From positions 6,686,448 to 6,750,447 of the forward strand of contig BDGG01000002.1 of the NCBI GenBank assembly GCA_001949185.1: DNA of 64,000 bases, given 5' to 3'. Both the position numbers and the translations under genes were made by a program. This document shows, one piece after another, positions 51,712 to 64,000 of the stretch. The notes under the pieces are model-generated. The model saw only the letters and a list, made by a program, of their open reading frames with translations, made no database searches and had not been told where the DNA came from. The stretch comes from Ramazzottius varieornatus. Its lineage: Eukaryota; Animalia; Tardigrada. Position 1 is the first letter of the stretch, and every line of letters begins with the position of its first letter.

Positions 51712-54700
51712 ATGGGGAATAAATTGGAGCGTCTGCAAGGAGGTTCACGGAAAAACAGCGCCGCAGAGGGCACTTTCGCTTCCGCCGACAATCACAAGTC
51801 CCAAAGTAGAATTAAGAGTCCTCGCGGTTCCCTGCCTGGTGCCGCTGTGGATAACGCTCACTTGCTCAGCCCACAAAGTGGCAGTATACCGCCATCGCGA
51901 CCAGATGCTGCAACAGCATCAGCTCTTCCTCCTTTTCCACAGTCTTCCCTTGTTTCGGACAGAAAAAGATCAGATGGACGAGACAGAAGTCACAGCACCA
52001 CTATATCCTCATTAAGCGGCGATGCCGGCAATCACAGGACCATCGATCGCCCGAAATCGGTCCAGCTTTCCTCGGCCGTTGCATCTCCATCAGTACCCTC
52101 ACTATCCAGTAGCATCCACTCAGGCACCCATCATTCCGAAGGTAACACGCCTAGATCCTCAAGAGAGCCCCACAGCGGAGAAACACTATTCCGTTATGTC
52201 AAAGGGATCTTCAAAAAGGTAGGTCACATAATGGATCGAACGAACGTAATAAACGGCACAGATAGACAGTAGTTGCTACTTTACCTACTTTGATTACGCG
52301 TGGCGCATTCCGCGAAAGGTCGACGATGGCGTATTGTTGACACTGGAAACAGGATACTGTCATCACCCAGCTGTCATTACCTTCAGTACAAAGTGACACA
52401 AAGCTAGCCTTCACTGCTTCAGGGTACGTCAGTCTTGAGTTTCGAAGCTTAGTTAGGCCTCCGGTTCTTCCACAATCTGTCGAACAGAGCATTCAGCTCA
52501 CGGACGCTCAGGCAAGACCGATTTATTTTAAATTATAACGAACACTACAAGGATACTCGCTACGGATTCCACAGCGTGTGGCTGTGTTGAGGATTTTCGA
52601 ATAGCTTTTGCTGACCATCGTCCAGCTGCAATGCGTAGGACTAGCGGACCTATTTTCCGGTACCAACCGCAAGTTGGTGCGGAGGTTGTTGATTTGCAAA
52701 TACGTCAATGGAGTTGATTTCAACTTCGTTGCGGAGCACTGGGTTAAAGCCGTAGGCTGTCGACTCGCTCTGACTGCTCGCTGGCTCAGCAGATGCAGGA
52801 ACGCTGACGTCACAACGATAGAGAGGTGCAGGACGTACGTACAGCCCTCTATCACTTAACATGAGCATGCAGTCATCACTCATCAGAATATGATCAGATG
52901 CATCGTGCTGCACATCCAGATCCAGTAAACAACTTCCGTAGATCCGTTACATCACTCCGGATTGTTGTCGATCCTGGGAAGAATTCATCCCCAGAAGTTG
53001 TTCTACAAAGCTTCTCTAGATTACCTAGCGTTGCAGGACGAGGAGTACAAGCAAGAGTGGACGATAGGCTGCGAATTAGCGAGACGTGTTTGTTGCTACC
53101 ATCATGACGGTATCTACATGGCCCTTTTCGTTGTTGTTTCAGCCCAGCAGCCAGAATTCTTCCACGGACGGAAGCCCTAACCAGAACGCACCTGGCCACA
53201 ACCCAGTTCCACAGCTACGGATCACAGATGAGCCTGTAGTGGACATTGTTAACGGTGCTCACCATGACCAAGCCCCAGCTGTTCTCGAACACGGAGTCGG
53301 ACCCGTCGGAAACCAAGCTGCTCCTGCTAACGAAAGACCTGCTAGAAGAAGAGGAGCGTTTTCGTCAGAAACCTACACTGAAGAAGATATGGCCAACTAC
53401 GTCAAGCAGGTACGATGTCGAGTTTTCCTGATACTATCGTTCCTTAGTTGCATCTGTCACCTGTGTCTGCAGGAAGCCGTACCGAAGGATCAGCAGACTA
53501 CAGAGTCCCTTTCCAAAGCGATTCATCATAATGTCCTTTTCTCACATTTGGATGACGCTGAGAAACGGTAGCTCCGTTAATCACAATTCTGTAATCGTTC
53601 TTTTAGTTAGCCAATGTGTTTTCATCGCAGGGATATTTTCGACGCAATGTTCCCAGTGGAATTTAGCCGAGATGAAACCATCATCCGACAAGGGGAAGAA
53701 GGCGACAACTTCTACATCATTGAATCAGGCGACGTTGATATCATAGGTGAGTTGTCTGGCTAGATGCTTCATATGTTCTGTGCAGAAAGCTCCGAGGGTT
53801 TGCTCAGTGACTGACATACAAAGCAATCTATCGTCAAGCCTTTCCTGTCCGGGGATTTGTGCAAGGAGATCGGCCGGCGAGAAAATCGATAGGTTACGCA
53901 TGTGCTTTGCCTTTCCACAGAATGCAGAGCCTTTTACCCCGCACATGTTCAAGTCTTCATGATTTTGTTCTTCCTGTGTGGCACTGCTGGGTGTCAGCAA
54001 ACGGAGAGACTGGAATGATTTAAGGTTATTACCCGTAATGCTCTCCCTTGCATCCGGTCAGGGTATTTCACAGCGTGAAACGCTGAATACCCATAAAGGC
54101 AAAAAACCATACTCCTCTCTACAGGCACCTCTATTACTTTCGCGCTAACTCACCGTTTCCTCTTGCAGTGAATGATGCCTATGTCGGATCGCTCAGCGAA
54201 GGACGCAGGTACGCAATACTGTTTTATTTCGAGATTCGTTAGTTGATATGATTGGACAATAGTACTCATTACAGTTTTGGAGAGCTCGCACTTATCTACG
54301 GAACACCGAGGTCAGTTGATCTACTCTGGTAGTATATTAATCTCGTTTCGTCACAGCCTTTGTGATTAACAGAGCAGCAACGATCATCGCCAAGTCGGAC
54401 AAAGTGAGGCTGTTCGGGCTAGACCGAAATACCTACCGGCGTATTTTGATGGGCAGTACAATACGTAAACGAAAGCGATACGAAGAGTTTCTCAGCAAAG
54501 TCCCGCTCCTCGGTTAGTGTGCTTCCCGTTTTCCTTAGCCGCAGGCTACTTGCGATAACCTTCAGTTCGATTGCAGAAAGTCTGGATAAGTGGGAGCGAC
54601 TGACAATAGCTGATGCACTCGAGCCTGTCTCTTTCGATGATGGACAAATCGTTATAAGTCAAGGAGATCGTGGTGAAGACTTTTATATCATCACAGAGGT

Positions 54701-55261
54701 GCGTGAAAGCTCGGGCTAATCCCTGGAAAGCCTGAAACGTTTCTGATAAAAAAGGAATATAAATGGGACGGGGGCAAGTGGCGCATACTTTCAGTCAATC
54801 ACAATGCAAACGTGCGCCACTTGAGAGAGCGACCATGCTGAGTTCATTTGCTGACATCGCCAACAGAGTTCAAAATAATTACTCAACACATTATATTCCA
54901 GGGTAATGCCGTGGTCAAGCAAGTTCCACCCGATTCGGTGGACCAGACTGCTATCGAAGTAGGCAACCTTGGACCAGGCATGTATTTCGGTGAAATTTCC
55001 CTCATTCTGGACAAGCCTCGCGCGGCCACTGTAGAAGCCCGAGGTGGAGTGCTCAAATGCGTCAGACTGGATAGGCAGCGCTTCGAGCGGCTACTCGGTA
55101 CGTTGGCCAAAAGATATGGGCTATGGGCAAGGTTCCTCAAAAGTCTGGGGTCATAACGGTAAATAATACTGAGTCTCAACCTTGTCTTTGCTACAGGACC
55201 CCTGAAAGAGATTCTGACTCGGAACATCAAGCAGTACAACACTTTGGTAGAGCTGGAATAA
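51712..55261 (+). CDS. PRKAR1: cAMP-dependent protein kinase regulatory subunit, type I
   Basis: Pseudosubstrate RRRGAFS; [20 protein letters not shown]; [16 protein letters not shown]; [20 protein letters not shown]. First exon 51712-52218 (MGNKL..) joins 53143 in phase 0. Confidence 0.92.
54764..54861. repeat. Intronic fold-back element copy 11 (core 54775-54823), PKA-RI
   Basis: TGGGACG..CAAGTGGCGCAT-N25-GTGCGCCACTTG..TCATTTGCTGACATC. Confidence 0.87.
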
Positions 55262-55849
55262 CTGATTGGTAAATTAGCCAGCGCGAATTCAGAAATTTTC
55301 CAGCAGGCAGAGCATCCGCGCTATGCTCTAGGTTTTCTTGGCGGTACTGTTATGGAAAACTTGATAGTAATCGGGACATGATAGCCATTAATTTGCACCA
55401 ATGAGGAAGATGTGTTCATAAGACGGTGCTGGCGGTGGAAAGATTTTTCTATATCATTTATTCAGCATAATTTTATCCTCCTCTTGCTTCTGACAGTCTG
55501 ATCATGCTTGTCTGCATTGTTCTAGTCTGCAATACAGTTCTACTTTACCTGGGCTATCTGTTCTCCAGTATTTTATTCGAAATGAATAATATGAATAGCA
55601 ATCTGTGGTAGATTCGAGACAGCTTTTGGATATTCAGGGTCACAACGGCACAGCAGCTGGAAGCTCAAGACGGTAAAACTTGATCATCCAGCAGAAATCA
55701 AGGATATTCACAATTATTGCCACATTGAAAAGATCCAGATCCCACAGCTGCTCATCACATCAAACAACACAAAACAATTTGAACCTTTCGTATATTACGG
55801 TTACTGTGCAATTCAACCGGGAAGAGAGAACGCATGAAACAAGAGAGGC

Positions 55850-58800
55850 CTATCTACCTCGCTGTGTCCGCTGCACTCTTTGGTACAGCGCAAGGAGATT
55901 CCGCGGAATATAACCGACCTGGGGTACACTTCTTGCTTCCTTCCCGGCAGCCGGTGGTGAAAGGGTCCTTTCCGCCCAGTACCACTCAGTTTCGTCGTCG
56001 TCACTTGTACGAAGGACCTTCAGCTGTTCACCGCACTGGAAGGACAGCTCGTCGGCGTTTTGTGCTGCAAAGAAAAATTTGTCAGACCTCTAAGTTCGAA
56101 GTATAAGAATTGAATGTGGTTCACCTTGATAGTCGTAAGCAGCAAATACTACGCCATCGTTGATCCTTCCCAAATTGTGAAGAGTATCCAGAAGATACTG
56201 CGAACACCCCTCAAAATCCGCTTCGTCCTCTTCGCACTTCTGAGAAGCTGTCTCCTTGTCGCTGTGGGTGGTGGAGTAGATGCAGGCACCATGTTCGACC
56301 AGGAAGCGGCACATAGCCAAGTTATTGCAGGATGCTATAGGACGAAAAACCAGCCTTGAAACGGTGCTCCTTCACGACGTTTAAGGTTTCGCCGATCAAA
56401 TTCAGCCTGAGACCTCACCTGCACAATGCAACGGCGACCATCCATCAGAGTCCTGTGCATTCACGTCACACCCATACTCCACCAGGAACTTCACGATGGC
56501 AAAATGTCCGGCGCAAATGGCGTTATGAAGTGCTGTGATACCTTCATCGTTGGACGCGGAAGGATCTGCAACCTGAAAATCGAAGACTATGAATATCAAG
56601 CTTGGTGTCAACCACCTGCATACCGATAACAACTAGCTTAAACTACGAGCACGTATGCAGGTGGTACAGTACAGACGTGGTACTGCTTACTTGTTGGCAT
56701 GTTTTGATGACGAGTTCCAGTTCGCCTTCCAATGAAGCATCTAACAGCAACGCTTGCGGGTCGAACTTCACCCTTCGCTTACTAGGAACCGCCTCGGTAC
56801 TTAGCTGACCTTCCGTAGCTCTATGATGGTTGGCTATGGCTTGCACATGGCCGTGCCGGTTAATCTTCGCCGCCGGCGGGTTAGAGATCGGTAAGGATTG
56901 AGAGAGACTGGACGGTGTATCGCTGGATGACGAGCAGGTGTCCGGTGTTTCACTGGACCGCATGTAATTGTTGTTGTCCCGTGTCAGTGTGTCCGTCACC
57001 AGGTTAGGAAGGTTGGCTTCTCGGAGAACCAGCTCGAAGCGGGGTGGTTTCTCCGAGCCGTAACTGTCGTCATCCTTGTCTTTGTTCGAGCGACCGCTCT
57101 TACGAGCAATTTCGGTGTTCAAAGAAGGTTGCTTCTTGTCTGGCTGGTCGCTGGGTGGTTGGGACCGGAAAGACGCAGTCTTTTGAGAGGGTCTGGAATC
57201 GGTCTTGCTCTGGCTGTTATCTCGTGAATGTATTCGCTGTTCTGGTGGAACGTAGGGATCATCCAAGACCTTTGACTGATCTTAAAGCATAAGCAACTGT
57301 TCAGTGTAAACCGGAAAGTATTTCGGAGTGCTGAACTTCAGTTCAAAACGTGCAAATAAATGTTCGTCAAGAACCTGCATACACTTCGGCCGAGTATCAC
57401 ATAGTCACAGTGTTTAGCTTGCTCTGTGTTTCGTTCCTAGGAAAGCTTTATAGGTACCTGGGTAAAATTGCTTCTGGGAATTTTGGCTTCTGTTGTGCTG
57501 ATCATTCAAGGTTCCTTTCGTGGATTCACGACTTTGTCTACTGGTCGAGACGTCCTGGTTTTCTTTGGGATCGGAATACAGCACGCTATGATTACTATTA
57601 GAAGCTTGTGTCTTGTCCTCTGGTTGAGAAGGTTGACCCCTCCTCTTGCTAATTCGTTCGGCGATCTCGTTAATCTTTTCGTTGATCTTATTCCTCTCCA
57701 GCGTCTTTTGCAAAAGCGTGGCATCCTTTTCATCGATCTTGCGCTTTTGTTGATGCACTAGTTGCAATCGGTATCGATGTTCTTGCTTCAGGCGCTCGAT
57801 CTCCGCTTGTATCAAAGCAGCACTTGGGCTGTCACTGGTAATCAAATTGGAGCCAGACAAAGTGCCCTGATGCTGCTGTTGAGCGTTTCGTGTTCGGTCC
57901 AACTGAGCTGTCAGAATATCCACCTTCAAAGTAAAACATCAGACACTGAGCCAGTATCAAGATTTCAGGATGCATTCTATCGAAAATCAAACCCTAAATT
58001 TTATTTCCCAATTCACCCGCAAACTAAAAACCCGCCATCAAAAACCGCCGCACTTCACAAACTTGCATACTCTACGTGGTGCGCTGATGCTATCACAAGT
58101 GTATGCAGGTAGGGAAAGAAGCGTACATTGTTTACCAGCCTTTCAACTATTCCCGCTACCACTTTTGCCATTGATCCTTGAATTTACTTTTGAATTCAGA
58201 GTTATAAATCAGTTACTTTCATCCTCTGTTCTTTCTGGAACTGCCGCGTTTCATCGAACAAAGACCAGTAAACACTTACTTTGGCCACCGCTTCGGCAAG
58301 TTCCTTTTCACGACTAGCAAACAAGGCCTTTATCTTTTCCAGCTCTTCGCCTGTAAACCACAGAGTAACAACATTCTTTACTCTGCAAATTCCTTGCATA
58401 CCGTAAACGATACAATTCACACTCTGCCAAGTGTAAGCTGTAGACTTACCGAGTTGATTTTTTACTGTGGTGCGCTGGTCCACTTGTTGTTTCAACTGTC
58501 TGAGATCACGAAGACGAGCTTCCTGCGACTGTAAGGTGGCGCGAACATGTTTGAGATTGTCCAGTTTTTGCTCGTGCCGGTGAAACTGGCTTATAAGACC
58601 CTTCAACCGCTCTTCTTTCGACAACAGACTTTGTTTCTGCATCTTGAGCTGATGAGCTTGCCGTACGGAAAGCCGACCCAAATCATCCACCGAAAGATGA
58701 TTGAGTCCTTGTTCGTATTCGATGCGCGGTTCTTCCACCTGAAAAGTTCAACGACAACAATCAGTCAGTCAGTATCACAAGCATAAAAGATCGAGTGGTC

Positions 58801-59589
58801 GATTCGAAACTGATAACAAAGTCCGGAGCAAAATCTTTAGTCGAAACGACGGAACGGAAATATGACCAAGGCAGCCTAACTCGACAAGATTGTTCTGCAC
58901 AGTGGCGCATGCTCTCAGATGATAATACTGTCTACTTGCGCCGCTTCGGGAAACGATATTGCAAAGTTTGTTTGCCGAATGTTCACTGGCGGATCCTTTG
59001 CATGCACCAAAAGGCCAAAAGAGTTACCAAAACATATCCGCCCAAAGAATATTAATTAAGAGCGTACGTTCGATTGTAGGATTATCTCAATAGGGGACAA
59101 CACTTGAAAAACTCAACGCTGGCCAACATGCGCGGCTGAAGTAGGCATGCACGAGGAGCGTTGTCGAATTATGCGCACTGTGAATGTCCGGTTAGCTCAA
59201 TGGGGGTAGGTTGACAGCAATGTCAAGAGTTGCTCGGTCAAACATGCACCAAAGCTGGCAGTACCATCTTTAGCCTCACGGCAGAACCCAAAGTGCTCAT
59301 CGTGACCGCGCATATCGTGGCACTTTCATGGCGTAACAAGAGCCAATCTACTTTCCATGCAAAGAGCGTATACTGGTCGCGACTCGTAAGAACTGATGGC
59401 ATCAGAGAAGAGAAAAGCTCGTAAAGTCGCGCTATCAGTTTTCCCTGCATTCTTGCACACAACCGACATGATTTCTGCAACGTGCATTGCAAAAGAGAAC
59501 AAGACATGAGAGATTTCGATTTTTTCAAGCTGCAATGAAGCGGAAAATGTAAGCACCGAGTTACATATAGAGCAATATAGTCTTACCAT
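55850..59589 (-). CDS. ASPP: ASPP (apoptosis-stimulating protein of p53) family protein
   Basis: N-terminal coiled coil [20 protein letters not shown]; PP1-binding [18 protein letters not shown]; ankyrin repeats [13 protein letters not shown] and [11 protein letters not shown]; SH3 ending [11 protein letters not shown]. Confidence 0.92.
58862..58985. repeat. Intronic fold-back element copy 12 (core 58899-58947), ASPP
   Basis: GATTGTT..CAGTGGCGCAT-N25-TTGCGCCGCTTCGGGAAACGAT..GTTTGCCGA. Confidence 0.75.
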
Positions 59590-60845
59590 TTTAAGGCGAT
59601 TTATTCCGACATGTAATCATTCACCGCGTCGCAAGTTTCCACATTCCGGGCGTTCACGAACGTTTCCAGAGCCTGCAAGTAAAAGCAGGCTTTCGAATAC
59701 TCTCACGGATTCCGAAGTATCACTGAAATAACCGCGCAAGATGTTAGGATAAGCTAACTCAAAATGATAATCCAGCATCAGACGGACACACTGTCAAGCA
59801 CCAGGAGCACTTCGACCAACTTGTAGCAGTCGACAGTTATATTTCCTCGTGAACTAGAGAACGTTCCGATGCGACTGCCGACAGTGGTCAACGCAACTGC
59901 GAGTGTGAACTTAACGACATTATGAAAACAACAAACCGGTTCTCAAGAGCCATGCTTTGGAGCGGCACGTACGTCATTCGAGATAGTTCAGCATGTCTGA
60001 CGTCCAAGCAGAGGGACATCCGTTTTGTATCGTCCGGAAGCTTCTGAATATTCCAACCCCTGGAGAAAACAAGCCAGAAGACTAAGTTTCGTACTGCGGT
60101 CAGTGCGGTGGGCCGGTGGTAACGATTTACGGATTTAATACGGAACGCCTAACAAGTCGCCCCCATATAAGGCTCGCAAAACAATAAATCTACTGAGTCA
60201 CGCCTCGTAGATGGTCAGCCATAATAACCATGTCTATAATCATCTCTATTCCCCGCACGAGGAATAGAGATGGTTCTAGATCTATCTGCATCTGAAGTTT
60301 GCAGGAAGACCACATAACGCTTACCTGGGATGTATGGAGTTTTAACAAAGGAAGGCAAGGCTGGGGTCGATTAGGCACTCCTGCAGCTGACAAGTAGCCA
60401 GAAGAACGCTTCAGTCCAAAAGCAGAGGAGCGATGATATCATTCAAGCTAATGTCGTTTTCTACAACACAATTTTTCGAAGAGCTCCTTTGCGGCTTCCC
60501 ATAGCTGGGGATGGGTACCCAAATAGATCAAGTGCACGAAGATCTTTGGAAGAAAAGAACTGACGAGAAATTGAACATAAATGACAGATCTGTGGTACTT
60601 TATTGACACGTTCAAGAATCAATCTGTCAACTTGAAACTCTCATGTCACGTTGTCATGTCATATTACGCCGTATCCGGAAGTCCAGTAGACCATGACCCT
60701 CCTCGGTCCTCACCCAATCCAGTCAAACCCGTTCTGGTCTCCCTTTTATGTTTGCTCCATAGCGCGCTAAGCTATCGAAACTATTTGGTGATTTTCACAT
60801 TCAGGCAAAGCACATACCCGGAAAGGAAAACGTCTCACCGGATGC

Positions 60846-62364
60846 ACTTACTCTCCCCCAGACAATCTGGCTTCCGAGACGGTCATTCCTGCAAAACGCT
60901 GCTCCTGAAGGCGACAGGTAGTTGGAAGAAAGCAATCGCCCAAGAGAAGTACGTGGCGGCGGCCTTCCTCGATTTCCGGGAAGCCTTCGGCAGCGTCAGC
61001 CACAAGAAACTCCTGACAGCCCTCAACAAAGTGGGAGTCTGCGGAACAGCGCTTCAGTCTTCTCCTACCTGAAAGACCGCAGCCAGTGCGTAGGACTGAA
61101 TGGCCGGACATCTGATCAAAGAACCATCAAGTCCGGAGTACCACAGGGAACCTGGCTGGGTCCCTTGCTATTCACCATCTTTCTGGATGGTATGCTGAAG
61201 TACCTGGAGTCCGTGGCAGAAGGAGAGGCGGAAGCCTTTGCTGACGATGCAATGGTAAGCAGTACCGGAAAGACCGTCGCAGAAGCCACATCGAGACTGA
61301 ACACCATACTGGCCCGCCTGGTCGAGTGGGTGGACCAGTCGAGCCTTGCACTCAACAGGGAAAAGTGCGTCTACATGGTCCTGACCACATCGCACAGAAA
61401 GAAGCACGTCGAGTCCTCCACCGACAAAGTCAAGCTCGGCGATCACGAACTCCAACGAGAAGAGTGTGTCCGGTACCTGGGCGTTCAGATCGACCAGCAC
61501 CTCAGCTGGTGAAAGAAGCGCAGAGAAATGCTATCAGAGCTCTGTCCGACTACTCCACCGGTAAGTCGACGAGTGAACTTTTTACCGATTGGGGCATTGA
61601 GAAAGTACGACAGTTATGGGCGCGGTTGGATGCGCAGTGGCTCTTTAGGTTACGGAAGCCTGAGAAACACCACACCGTTCCGGCCTACATGGCTGAACTG
61701 GTTCCCCGAAGAGAAGCTACGCGAGAACACCGACTCGGAAGCAAGTGGACTGACATCGACGCGAGCTTCGCCACTGCCATCGGGAAAAGAATGTTCGCCA
61801 CTCGACTGATGAACCTGGATCTCCGTCTTCCCAAACCTGTATGGGACTGTTTAAACTTATACCACTTTTCTGGTGCCTTTAGTCTTGCCTTCGAACTTAA
61901 TCTCGTCTTTCGTGTTCTTTTTCCCCCCTCTTCTTCTTTTTCTCCCCTTCTTGTCTTTCGATTAGATTATTAGAACAACGGGGATGATCTAGTACTGGGT
62001 AAAACGCACTGACACGCGTCAGGTCCTGGCGGTTTGTTACCTCGTCATCTTGGTATACAACAATAAGCCCAGTCAAACCTGGGTGAGCAAGTGGGCAGTA
62101 TCGCAAAGACCGAACGTAAGTTGTCCCGCCGCTCACCATGAAGACCTGTAAGCAAACACAGGCCCGTGGTGGCAGTCACAGAAATGTGACATGGGTCCAC
62201 CTCGGCCAGTACTACGTCGCTAAATACCCTGATCTTTCTGTTTCTTCTTCTTTCCTGTCAAACTCAGCAGATGCAAAAAAGCACGCACGACCAAACGTTG
62301 AAGTCATCTTTAGAGGTTGTCTGCTCTTGGAATAAATACAAATACAAATACAAAATACAAATAC
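60846..62364 (+). mobile_element. 5'-truncated, frameshifted CR1/L2-like non-LTR retrotransposon
   Basis: RT motifs QSGFRDGHSC, FLDFREAF, SGVPQGTWLGPLLF, FADD and YLGVQID spread over three frames. A 3' UTR ends in an (AAATAC)n tail at 62331-62364. Confidence 0.88.
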
Positions 62365-62453
62365 GCTATGACAGTCCTGGGCGGAGCGCAGTGAGTAAAA
62401 TATGCCCATATTCTAGAGATACCAAACACCAGGAACCCTGCATATAACAGTTT

Positions 62454-64000
62454 CTATATGCTAATGGAGTTCGGGATGCCGTCGGGATCCAGCCATGGAT
62501 AAGGGAACTTGGTGTGTGGAGATTGGTTTCTTTTCCGGATGGCCTCCGATATACTTCGAAGATCCTGACGGAGCTGTTTTGCAGCGGAGACACTAACTGG
62601 ATCGTAAAGGTACTGCACTTCGAAGTCTCCCAGCGCCTGGGTTCCCCTAGAGCTGAGTAACCGTGTCACTACCATGGTGTCCAACGTCACGCTTCTTGAG
62701 GGTAACTGGTCGAAGATGTTTTTCTCCGTGAACCCAACCTACAACAATAAACAGAGCGACGACTTGGGCGGGATATGCATGTATGACAGTGGTGAAGTCA
62801 TTTGAAAAGTACTTTCTGCGTTGGAACTTGTCCACAAAGGATCCCAGGATAGTTCGGCGGAAACCCATATCTGTTAGAAGCAAAATTATCGGCCAGTCAG
62901 ATGCCAAAACTTCTCACACTGGCTCACTTACTCGTCGTACTGGTTGAAGTTCGCAGCGGCGTGACCCAGGCTACATGTGCTGATTATAGCAGTCATCGTA
63001 ACGATAATTTGTTCCACGTCTGTGAACTTTCCGTTACCGGGAACACCCTAAATTGACAGATCTCTTCTGCTTACGTTCCGGGTGCCAGGTAAGCTCTAGG
63101 CATTTCGTACCCTTATGCCACAGCCTCCTCGTTTCTTCGATTTCACGAGCTCAGCAGCCCAGCTTTGAAGTTCGCCGTCCTCCTCAACCTTTTCAGGAGA
63201 ATCTGCAAACAATAAATATCACAGCCATACATCCTGATAGAAACTGGTACGGTTTCGTAATTGAAACTGATACAGTTTGGTAATTGGTGAAAAGCTTAGC
63301 CAATCCGAGCAGGTACAAACCGTAAAAATGCTCGACCATCGATTTTACATATTTCTCGATCGCCTCATAGACTGCTACAGCGTCATCCCGATAAGGATAG
63401 TACGGCAAAACAGTTTTATCCAGCACCTACAAACAACAAACAAGAAGGTCATCGGTATAGAGATGAACCTCGAAAGTTCAAATTTTGGTTAAAAACGAAA
63501 TACAATTTTAAAAGAAGAAAGCGAGGGATTCTCACCCCTCTTCGCGCGATTTCTACAGCTGGTACAGCGTGAACATCTAGTCTCCAGGCTTTCACTCTGC
63601 AAAGCACTAATGTAAGATACAGTCTCAGTACCAAGGGAGGCGAGTCAAAAAGTGACGATTCAGCTATGAAACAACGTACCCTCGTTTCACGATCTCGAAC
63701 ATCCCATTGCAGCCCATGGTTGTCGTTTTGTCCACCCATCCTCCAGGGTTTATCAGCTTCTGGAGTCCCCGGCTGAAAGGCCAAACGAGATTACCTCTAT
63801 AGGCATCGGTACTTTCTTGACAATCAGACAACCCGGAAGTGAAAGTAGCGCTTACGTATTGATGGCTAACAAGAAAAGAAAATGTGGAGCGAGAAGTTTG
63901 AAGAGTGGATGTGAGGGGGATAGGTTCCGATGAGTGCACACGGCAATGCCTTCCATCATCAAGTGCGTGAAACCTGTTGAATACATATAAAGTCAATTCT
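62454..64000 (-). CDS. Lipoxygenase (arachidonate/AOS-LOX-like), 3' part; gene continues off the right edge
   Basis: GFTHLMMEGIAVCTHRNLSPSHPLFKLLAPH, YPYRDDA, HAAANFNQYD, and C-terminal iron ligand in IPNSISI*. Confidence 0.93.

Noticed and set aside
54061-54092. Hairpin GGGTATT..CAGCGTGAAACGCTG..AATACCC in a PKA-RI intron as a snoRNA or RNase P/MRP fragment
   Set aside because: No diagnostic boxes could be assigned; it would need an Infernal/Rfam search.
45760-59180. Extra very degenerate fold-back copies (~45760, ~46070, ~58043, ~59140)
   Set aside because: Arms too decayed to call by eye, so they are excluded from the count of 12.
59186-59215. GTCCGGTTAGCTCAATGG resembling a tRNA 5' end
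   Set aside because: No T-loop or acceptor-stem partner downstream.
20776-59589. Functional clustering of cyclic-nucleotide genes (rGC, CNG, PKA-R) or p53/apoptosis genes (EI24, Apaf-1-like, ASPP)
   Set aside because: They are interspersed with unrelated genes in a gene-dense region, and no synteny evidence is available.

Overview
This is a gene-dense eukaryotic (animal) window with many short GT-AG introns. The compact introns, moderate GC and gene content suggest a tardigrade such as Ramazzottius, but that is inference only. Gene spans were assembled by eye from splice sites, so internal boundaries are approximate. Genes in order: 5' end of MFSD14/HIAT1 (-); kainate-type iGluR (+); an uncharacterised coiled-coil gene (-) head-to-head with PCNA (+); caveolin (-); an ectodomain-only receptor guanylyl cyclase (rGC) paralog followed by a full rGC (+); TMEM121-like (-); BLOC1S6 (-); EI24 (+); a 2OG-Fe(II) dioxygenase (-); a fungal/bacterial-type HHE hemerythrin (-); an HP1-like protein (+); CCDC113-like (+); an Apaf-1-like CARD-NB-ARC gene without WD40 (-); a CNG channel (+); PKA RI (+); ASPP (-); and the 3' end of a lipoxygenase (-). 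Mobile DNA comprises a two-ORF PIF/Harbinger element, two hAT-type MITEs, two Tc1/mariner-type MITEs and a truncated CR1/L2-like LINE. Most striking: (1) a ~125-bp nested fold-back element with a fixed ~49-bp core found 12 times, every time inside an intron; (2) an rGC ectodomain cassette ending at the same splice phase and position as the downstream rGC, followed by three related candidate terminal exons; (3) a CNG channel with an acidic SDEGD filter; (4) an intron-bearing hemerythrin that is a horizontal-transfer candidate; (5) a WD40-less Apaf-1.
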